NCBI RefSeq assembly: GCF_009914755.1
Contig: NC_060933.1
Direction: 5' to 3' (one strand)
Length of the DNA: 64,000 nt
Source of the DNA: the human T2T-CHM13v2.0 reference genome, Homo sapiens
Below are positions 54,871 through 64,000 of this stretch, in pieces. Position numbers and translations under genes: made by a program. The notes below the pieces were generated by a model, which worked only from the letters and a program-made list of their open reading frames with translations, was not told the DNA's origin and did not search any database. Every line of letters begins with the position of its first letter. Position 1 is the first letter of the stretch.

Positions 54871-55383
54871 TTAACATGAGTTAGGCAGAGCTCCCCCGCA
54901 TCCCCCCTGCCCAGTGAAGTGGCCTAGTTCCTCCTGGGTTCCAAGGTGACAGAAGAGAAACTGAGGAATGGATCTAGTCAAAGACTTTTGACTATGACAA
55001 GATATCCAGGATGTGGGAAAAGGAAAAGGAACAGAGAAATGTCTGACAGCAGTGGCACATAGATGGCATGCTCTGCCTCTTCACACCAGGTTTGAGGTCT
55101 GAAGGTGGATTCCCTACCCAACCAGCTGTTGGCTTGTGGTTATAGAGAGAGCCCACAGTGGGAAGAAGCAGCTTCAGGGACTGAATGAGGGTGAGCAGGA
55201 GACAGCATGCGGAAGACAGAGAAACAGATTTTTTTTTCCTTTCCCTGAACTTAGGCTTTTTCTTTGTGGTTCCCAAGTTTCACAGAAACTTTTTAGGTTG
55301 CTGAGCAAAATTTTCCAACGTAATTAGGACTTGGTGAGATTACCCCTCATTTTATTATTGTAGTGGGTATTGTTTTTAAACTA

Positions 55384-56620
55384 AGCTGCTGTAAATATGT
55401 TGGGTGTATTTTCTTCTTAACCCTGGGCCTGGCTTAATTCACCCCAAAGAACAGTTGTGACGATTAGATACATCCAGCTCAGAAAAGTACCTGGTATCCA
55501 AAGGGAAAAGTAAATCCAGGCTGGAGGCTGACTGGAGTCTGTATCGGATAGGGCCAATGTGGAGTTTCTAGTCATGGACATCCTGGCAACGAATGGTGGG
55601 AGAAATTACATGGGCAGCCCTAGCATGTCCCCGGGACATCAACTTATTGATGGGAAGCTTTCAACTGTGGCTGGGGCACAAAGTATGTAAACCCTCTGTT
55701 GTGTTTGTGTCTATCAGGAGGGTTGTTATTAGCAGGAGTTAGGCAAGGACCCCAGCACAGTGGCCTATTATCCAGCTGGATCCTGAGGTGACCAGGAGGG
55801 AAACTGAAGAATGAGTCTAGTCAAAGGATGTGAAAAGGGCAAAAGGAACAGAGAAATGTCTGAAACCAGTGGCACATGCTCTGCCTTCTCACCTCAGGTC
55901 AGAGCCCTGAAGGTGGATTCTCTACCCCATCAGCTGTTGGCTTGTTGTTATAGAGGAACCCCAGCCTGCAGAGGCAGTTTCAGGCACAGAGTGAGGGTGA
56001 GAAGGAGCCCACAAGTGGAAGACAAGAAGACAGATTCTTCTCTTTCCTTTCCCCCGAACTTAGGCTTTTTCTTTGTGATTCCCAAGTTTTACAGGAACTC
56101 TGTATGTTAAGCAAAATTTTATAGTTAAATTAAGACTTTGGGTGAGATTACTCCTCATTTTTTTATTGTGGAGTAATCACAATAAATCTCATTTTGGGTG
56201 AGATTACTCTTCATTTTTTAAATACAGTTTTTGAACCAAGCTCTTCCTCCTTTTTTGTGTCCTCATTATCTCCCATCCCCACCCTTTTCCAACAGACTTT
56301 CCTCCAAATGCAGTCTGGTGCTACACCACAGTCACTATGCATGGTCAGGAAAATGCACATTTGTTTTCCTGTGGTTTGAAAAGGACAACCAATAAAAAAG
56401 AGATTAATATTATTATAAACTCATAATAGTCACCCCAATTAAAAACCCAGAAAGATACTTGTAAATGTCCATACCAGCAGGTCTCAGATGTTTTCGTTTC
56501 AGCGCTCACTGATACTCATAAATTATGGGCATCCCCTCAAAGAGATTGTAGTTGTGTTTTTCTATTTATTGATATTCATCATAAGTTAAAATTAAGAAAA
56601 TGTTTATGTATCCACTTAAA
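55384..56620 (-). repeat. Segmental duplication copy C (tandem to B; corresponds to A 27770-30150 without either LTR)
   Basis: Matches A flank (acaggaaaacaaatgtg, ccagcctggatttacttttccctttggataccagg) and has empty sites CTAA and GCTG where A and B have LTRs. Confidence 0.88.
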
Positions 56621-58116
56621 AAGAACAAAACCAAGCCCATTACATATTAACATAAAAACAGAGTCTTATAGAAAATAACTACATGCTTTAATACAACAAA
56701 TTAATGGGAAAAGTAGCAATGTTTTGACGTTTTCAAATCTTTTTAATGTCTGGCTGAATAGAAGATAGATGGATTCTTGTAACTTCTCTGCATTCAGTCT
56801 CTTGTGATCTGTTGTTTTGTTTGACATCTGTGAATAAAATCCAGTCTCAGACATGTAGTTGGAAAAGAGGGGAACTTGATGACTCCTGAAAGAGTCCTAG
56901 CAGTCTTCAAATCACACTTTGAGAACAACTGATAGATGTGAAAGGATACTTACTGCCTATAGTGAGTTTGAGTTTCATCTTTTGCCTATTTTCCAATTGT
57001 CTTTTTAAATTATAATTTAGAAAACCGAGAAATATGGGAAAACATTATACTCTTGTGGTTTATATTTTTCAGGATTATCCACTAAGAAGTTAAGTACAAT
57101 ATACCTGCCAGTTTATGTTTTTGTTTATTAACTTTCTTTTATTGTGAAATATAACAATCATACACAAAAGTGCATAAAACATAAGAGTAAATTTTAAGGA
57201 ATAATTATGCAAATACTCATGTAACCATTAACTGATAAAAACAACCAGATTTTGCAATATACTGGAACCTCTGCCACCATTACCATCCCATGGGCCCATT
57301 CTTGGACATATCTCTATCTCTGCTCACTAGAAGTAACCACTATTCTGAGTTTTATGGCAAACACTTCTTTTCTTTCTAATTTTATCCTAAACCATGTGGT
57401 CCAGTTTTGCCTGTTTTTAAACTTTTTATAAATAGAATATGTGTTCTTTCAGATTCAGCTTCTTTTACTCACCATTATGTTTGTGAGGCTCATCTCTGTG
57501 TAAACAGTTGTAGTTCTTGATTTTTATTGTTGCTTATGATCTTATTATATGCATGGACTGCAATATATTTATGAATACAACTTTTACAGGATATTTTAAG
57601 AGAATTGCTTTGGCTATTCGAGGTCTTCTGTTGTTCCATACAAATTTTAGGATTATTTTTCCTATTTTTGTGAAGAACATCACTGAGATTTTGATAGGGA
57701 TTATGTTGAATCTGTAAATATACAACATATGTGTAGTATGGCCACTTTAAAAACCTCAGTTCTTTCAATGTGTGAACACAGGATTACTTTCCATTGATTT
57801 GTGTATTCTTCAATTTCTTGCATTAATGTTTTATAGTTTTTAGTGTATAGGTCTATCTCCTCTTTGGTAAAATTTATTCCTAAGTATTTTTAATGCTATT
57901 ATAAATTAGATTATTTTCTTGAATTTTTTCAGCTAAGTTATTTGTGTATATAAATGCAAGTGATTTTCATTACATTGATTTTGTCTCCTACAACTTAACC
58001 AAATTTATTTCTTAGTTCTAACCGTTTTGGTGGAGTCCTTGGCGTTTTCTACATACAGAATCATGTCATCTACAATTAGAGATAACTTCTTCCTTTCCCC
58101 TTTGGATGCCTTTTAT

Positions 58117-58161
<45 letters not shown>

Positions 58162-58316
58162 TTCTTCTTCTTCTTCTTCTTCTTCGTCTTCGTCTTCGTC
58201 TTCTTCTTCCTCTTCCTCTTCCTCTTCCTCTTCTTCCTTCTTCTTCTTCTTCTTCTTCTTCTTCTTCTTCTTCTTCTTCTTCTTCTTCTTCTTCTTCTTC
58301 TTCTTCTTCTTCTTCC
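58117..58316. repeat. ~200-bp (TTC/GAA)n repeat with CTC/GTC interruptions, inside an L1M (57600-58600, -)
   Basis: Pure (TTC)26 at 58238-58315 and (TTC)15 at 58141-58185. Confidence 0.97.
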
Positions 58317-59829
58317 TTTTTTTTTGATCTGATTTCTCTGGTAGGACTTCTAGTACTACATTGAATAAAGGTAGCGTGAGTGAACTTCCTTGCTTTGTAC
58401 TGATCTTAGACAAAAAGCTTTATTTTTTCCCCCATTGATTTTGATGTTAGCTCTGACTTTCTCACAAATGGCCTTTATTATGTTGAGGATGTTTACTCCA
58501 ATACCTAAGCTATTAGGAGTTTTTGTCTAAAAAGGATGTTTAATTTTGTTGAATCCTTTTTCTGCTTCAATTGAAATAATCATGTGGTTTTTAATCTTGT
58601 CTTTTCTATAAAATTTTCAAGACCACTTCCAAATATGAATTCAATTACACTAAACCAAATTCACGAATCATTTCAGAAGATCTAAACATGAAACTGGTTT
58701 TGCATTTCAGATTACTGATGTTGAATCATGCTTAAAACCATTTAAAATGAAATTTCTACAGAATGTAAATGGTCAGAATATTTAAGAGCCAAGTTACTAG
58801 CTACTTTTTTGCAAATCAGATGTATTCATTGAAAAATTGCTTCCCTTAAATATTTAACATCTGAAGATGCTTAGTTTAAATTTTCGTATCTCCATTTCAG
58901 AGTTGAAATTAAGATGTGAATAAACCCCTATTTTAAATAATATCCCTAGATCATGTAAGAATTGATACTTTAATCCAGTGATGTCTCCATTTCTAATTGC
59001 TTAACATTTTTCGAATTTATTTTCACATTTGGGAAGTGTATTCGTATCTCTTACTAGCATTTTACATTTATCAAACATACTCTCAAAGTTACTTTCATTT
59101 GTTGTAAACAAAAGGGTAGGTCTTCTATGAAGCCAGCTGCTTTATATAAAGACTTTTCTTTTTAAATAAAGCTTTCTTATTTTTTCCTACTTGGTTCAAA
59201 ATATCCCACCAAATTAATTTGCATAAACATGTGCAGTCTCTTTGTGCCAAGATGCTTTAGATTTCAGCACAATGTACTATGTCATTTAATATTATATCAT
59301 TAATATTTGATAAACATCTTTAGTTTGTGTGTGAAGTGCCATAATTTTGTTTGTTCTTGATCCCCATTGAATGTCCGTTATGTTTTTAATACAGTTTTTA
59401 GGACAGATATAAGGATATTCTATTGCTCAAAGCTCAAAAATGTATTAATCCTTTGTACAATACTAAAAAAGAGTATCATATTTCAAGTCACCAAATCAAC
59501 ATTATTACAAATCAAATCAGAATTATTAGTTGAGTAGGCACAAATTTAGCATAACAATTTTTGAGGGAAATAATGGCTTGTTCACCATTTATCTATCTGC
59601 CATCTTTGCTTCATTTTCATATCCTTGGCCAAGAGCATTTTTATGTCAATATATTGAAAAAATTTCATAAGGCAAGCCATACCCAGTTTTTTATTTTATT
59701 TCAATAAAAAGTCAACCAACCTTTCTTTCCATGGTTTTGTCATTATTCTCAATGAGAGCATACTTAAACGCATCTGTTTATCATAGGCAACATCTACATA
59801 TGTTTACAATTCAAAAGAAAGAATTTTTT

Positions 59830-60545
59830 CTTCCTTTTAAGTTTATTTTTAAATTGACAAAACAGTTTATATTTACCAGGTATAACATGTTGTTTTGAAA
59901 TATATATGTTATGGAATGGACAAATTGAGTGCATTACCATAAGCATTACCTCACATACTTATGGTTTTTTGTAGTAAGAACGCTTAAAAAGTACTTTCTT
60001 GGCAATTTTCAAGAATATAATACATTGTTACTAATGACTAACTGCAGTCACCATATTGTTCAATAGATCTTTTGGACTTATTCCTCCTATCTAACTGAAA
60101 TTATGTATCCTTTGACCAACATCTTCCCAATACTACACTCCTCCAGCCCCTGGTAACCACCACTCCACTCTCTACTACTATGAGTTTAACTTTTTAAGAT
60201 TCCATATGTAGGTGAGATTATGCACTGTCTTTCTATGCCTTGCTTATATCAGTTAACATAGTGTCATCCAGATTCATTCATGTTGTCTCAAATGACAAAA
60301 TTTCCTTCCTTTTTAAAATGGCAAATAGTATACCATTTTGTACATACTATTCATACATTCTCTTTATCTATTAATCTCTTCATTAACATTTAGGTTGTTT
60401 CCATATCTTGGCTATTGTGAATAGTATTCCAATGAACATGGGAGTGCAGATATCTCTTTGACATACTGATTTCATTTCCTTTGGATATATTCTCACTTGT
60501 GGGATTGTTGCATCATATGGTTGTTCTATTTCTAATTTTTATAAA
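59830..60545 (-). mobile_element. L1MA 3' end
   Basis: Same family text as 3198-3606. Confidence 0.75.
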
Positions 60546-61037
60546 AGCATCAAAAGTAACAAACAATTATGAACAAATGTGATAGAAAATTTGCCAAGAC
60601 TGTACACTGGAAACTGTAAAATGTCTCTCAGAGAAAACAGAGAAGACATAAACAAATGGGGAGAGATACCATGTTAAAGGATTAAAAGACTCAGTATTGT
60701 TAAGATATCAATTGTAATCAAATTGATCTGTAGACTCAATGCAATACCAATCAAAATTCCACCAGGCTTTTTGTATAGAAATTTAAAAATGGATTCTAAT
60801 ATTTATATGAAAATGTGTAGAACAAAAAACAACCAAAATAACATTTAAAAGAACACAAAATGTTGGAGGATTTATACTATCTGACTTCAGGAGTAAAGTA
60901 ATCAAGGCAGTAAAGCATTAGAATAAAAAAAACACAAATACATCAATGGAACAGACAGGAGTATGCACAAATAGAGCCACGCATATACTGTTGATTGTTT
61001 TTTTCAACAAAATCACAAAGGGTATTCAACCAAAAAG

Positions 61038-62992
61038 TTTGCAGATGACATGATTGTATATTTAGAAAACCCCATTGTCTCAGCCCAAATCTCCTTAAGC
61101 TGATACACAGCTTCAGCAAAGTCTCAGGATTCAAAATCAATGTGCAAAAATCACAAGCATTCTGTACACCAACAACAGACAGAGAGCCAAATCATGAGTG
61201 AACTCCCATTCACAATTGCTACAAAGAGAATAAGATACCCAGGAATACAACTTACAAGGGATGTGAAGGACCTCCTCAAGCAGAACTACAAACCACTGCT
61301 CAAGGAAATAAGAGAGGATACAAATACATGGATAAACATTCCATGCTCATGGATAGGAAGAATCAATATTGTCAAAATGGCCATATTGCCCCAAGTAATT
61401 TATAGATTCAATGCTATCTCCATCAAGCTACCATTGAGTTTCTTCACAGAATTGGAAAAAACTACTTTAAATTTCATATGGAACTAAAAAAGAGCCCGCA
61501 TAGCCAAGACAATCCTAAGCAAAAAGAACAAAGCTGGAGGCATCACACTACCTGACTTCAAACTACACTACAAGGCTACAGTAACCAAAACAGCATGGTA
61601 CCAAAACAGATATATAGACCAATGGAACAGAACAGAGGCCTCAGAAATAACTCCATACATTTATAACCATCTGATCTTTGAGAAACCTGACAAAAACAAG
61701 AAATGGGGAAGGGATTCCCAATTGAATAAATGGGGTTGGGAAAACTGGCTAGCCATATGCAGAAAGATGAAACTGGATCCCTTCCTTACACCTTATACAA
61801 AAATTAACTCAAGATGGATTAAAGACTGAAACATATGACCTAAAACCATAAAAACCCTAGAAGAAAACCTAGGCATTACCATTCAGGACATAGGCATGAG
61901 CAAGGACTTCATGACTAAAACACCAAAAGTAATGGCAACAAAAGCCAAAATAGACAAATGGAATCTAATTAAACTAAAGAGCCTCTGCACAGCAAAAGAA
62001 ACTATCATGAGAGTGAACAGGCAACCTACAGAATGGGATAAAATTTTTGTAGTCTATCCATCTGACAAAGGGCTAATATTCAGAATCTACAAAGAACTAA
62101 AACAAATTCACAAGAAAAAACAAACAACCCCATCAAGAAGTGGGCAAAGGATATGAACAGACACTTCTCAAAAGAAGACAATTATGCAGCCAACAAACAT
62201 ATGAAAAAAAGCTCATCATCACTGGTGATGGTGCAGAGAAATGCAAATCAAAACCACAGTAACCACAATGAGATACCATCTCATGCCAGTTAGAATGGTG
62301 ATCATTAAAAAGTCAGGAAACAACAGATGCTAGAGAGGATGTGGAGAAATAGGAATGCTTTTACCTTGTTGGTGGGACTGTAAATTAGTTCAACCATTGT
62401 GGAAGACAGTGTGGCATTTCCTCAAGGATCTAGAATTAGAAATACCATTTGACCCAGCAATCGCATTACTGGGTATATACCCAAAGGATTATAAATCATT
62501 CTACTACAAAGACACATGTACACGTATGTTTATTGCAGCACTGTTCACAATAGCAAAGACTTGGAACCAAGCCAAATGCCCATCAATGATAGACTGGATA
62601 AAGAAAATGTGGCACGTATACACCATCGAATACTATGCAGCCATGAAAAAGGATGAGTTCATGTTCTTTGCAGGGACATGGATGAAGCTGGAAACCATCA
62701 TTTTCAGCAAACTAACATAAGAACATAAAACCAAACACTGCATGTTCTCACTCATAAGTGGGAGTTGAACAGTGAGAACACATGGACACAGAGAGGGGAA
62801 CATCACACACTGGCGCCTGTCAGGGGGTTGGGGGCTAGGGGAGGGATAGCATTAGGAGAAATACCTAATGTAGATGATGGGTTGATGGGTGCAGCAAACC
62901 ACCATGGCATGTGTATAGCTATGTAACAAACCTGCATGTTCTGCACATGTACCCCAGAACTTAAAGGATAATAAAAAAAACAAAAAAAAATA
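61038..62992 (+). mobile_element. 5'-truncated L1PA (ORF2 RT C-terminal half, 3' UTR, poly(A)) nested in an older L1M (60560-63930)
   Basis: tttgcagatgacatgattgtata (FADDMIVY), ORF2 peptides in the track (61140, 61896, 62355), G-rich 3' UTR and A tail. Confidence 0.93.
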
Positions 62993-64000
62993 ACTGAAGA
63001 AACAAATGGTGTTGGAAGAGATAGGCATCCCTATGCAAAGCAATAAATCTTGACACACGCGTCATACCATATGAAAAAATTAACTCACAATATTGGTAAC
63101 AAAACTAAGTATAAAACCTAAAACCGTACAATTTTGAGGCTATTAAAAATTTTTTTACTTAGAAACACTAAAAGCACAATCTGTGAAAAAATTGGTAAAT
63201 TTCACTTAATCAAAATTTAAAAACTTATTTTTAAAAGGATAGTTTTATTAAAATGAAAAGGGAAGGTAGAGTCTGGGAAAACTTTGTAAAACATTTATCT
63301 AACAAAGTACTTGTAACTAAAACCATAGAATGCTTATAACTCAACAAAGAAGGCACAAAAATGGACAAAAATATTTCAACAGACATTTTACCAAATAAGA
63401 TACCCAAATGACAAACAAGAACATCACAAAATGCTTAACATCATGAATAATTAGGAAAATTAAAATTAAAATCACAGTGAGATACCACTACCCACCAATT
63501 AGAATGACTGGACTGACTAAAATTTAGAAGACTGACCATATCAAGTATTGGCAAGGTTGTGGAGTGACTGGAACACTTACATCACTAATGGAGATAAAAA
63601 TGGGGCAGCCACTTCGGAAAAGTGTTTGGAAGTTTCTGAAATACTCCTACTGTGAAACAAAGACATTCCACCTATACGTTTTACTGCAGAAATATGCCCA
63701 TGCAAAGACTTGTACAAGAAAGTTTACAGCAACTTTATTTGTGAAACCAAAAATTGTAAACAACTAATCCATAAAATATCCATAAAAAAGTAAAGAGAAA
63801 AGCAAATTGTGGTATATTCATACAATGGAATATGATATACCCATAAAATGAATGAACTATTGATGAACACAATAACATGGATGAATCTTACTTAGGTTGA
63901 ATGAAGGAAGCCAGACAAAAGAGTCCCTATTGTATTGCTCCACTTATGTATCTGTTTTAGTCACTTGGCATGTATAACAAAATAAACAGTGTGGCCTAAA

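Larger units (their letters stand above)
52475..55387 (-). repeat. Segmental duplication copy B (inverted relative to A; corresponds to A 28153-31013)
   Basis: Reverse complement of 52476 onward (caaggagcagaatac) matches ...attttgctccttg at 31013; carries the same two LTR insertions as A. Confidence 0.93.

Noticed and set aside
58027-58413. Poly-F/L, poly-K/E and poly-S ORFs
   Set aside because: Translations of the TTC/GAA repeat; no coding evidence.

Overview
Human (primate) genomic DNA from the IFNB1 end of the type I interferon cluster (9p21). The only intact protein-coding gene is the intronless IFNB1 (11188-11751, minus strand), with its enhanceosome (PRDI-IV), TATA box, AU-rich element and poly(A) signal. 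An interferon-omega-like pseudogene with a recognisable IRF/TATTTAA promoter lies on the opposite strand at ~40.1-40.7 kb. I recognise the 2.2-kb EcoRI IFN-beta S/MAR at 17.8-20.0 kb. The rest is mostly L1, Alu, MIR, LTR and DNA-transposon debris, and almost all other ORFs in the track are spurious or L1-derived. The main structure not explained by repeats is a three-copy paralogous unit: A (27.8-31.0 kb, +), and B and C (52.5-56.6 kb, inverted relative to A). These form a ~3-kb inverted repeat around the omega pseudogene. A and B carry two LTR insertions that are absent from C. A and B also contain a very decayed reading frame whose landmark residues fall in register with type I interferons, which may be an unannotated ancient IFN relic. 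Copy A alone keeps intact IRF/ISRE and NF-kB motifs. An IRF + AP-1 + NF-kB motif cluster also lies ~7 kb downstream of IFNB1. Repeat subfamily names and identities are by-eye calls and no alignments were run.
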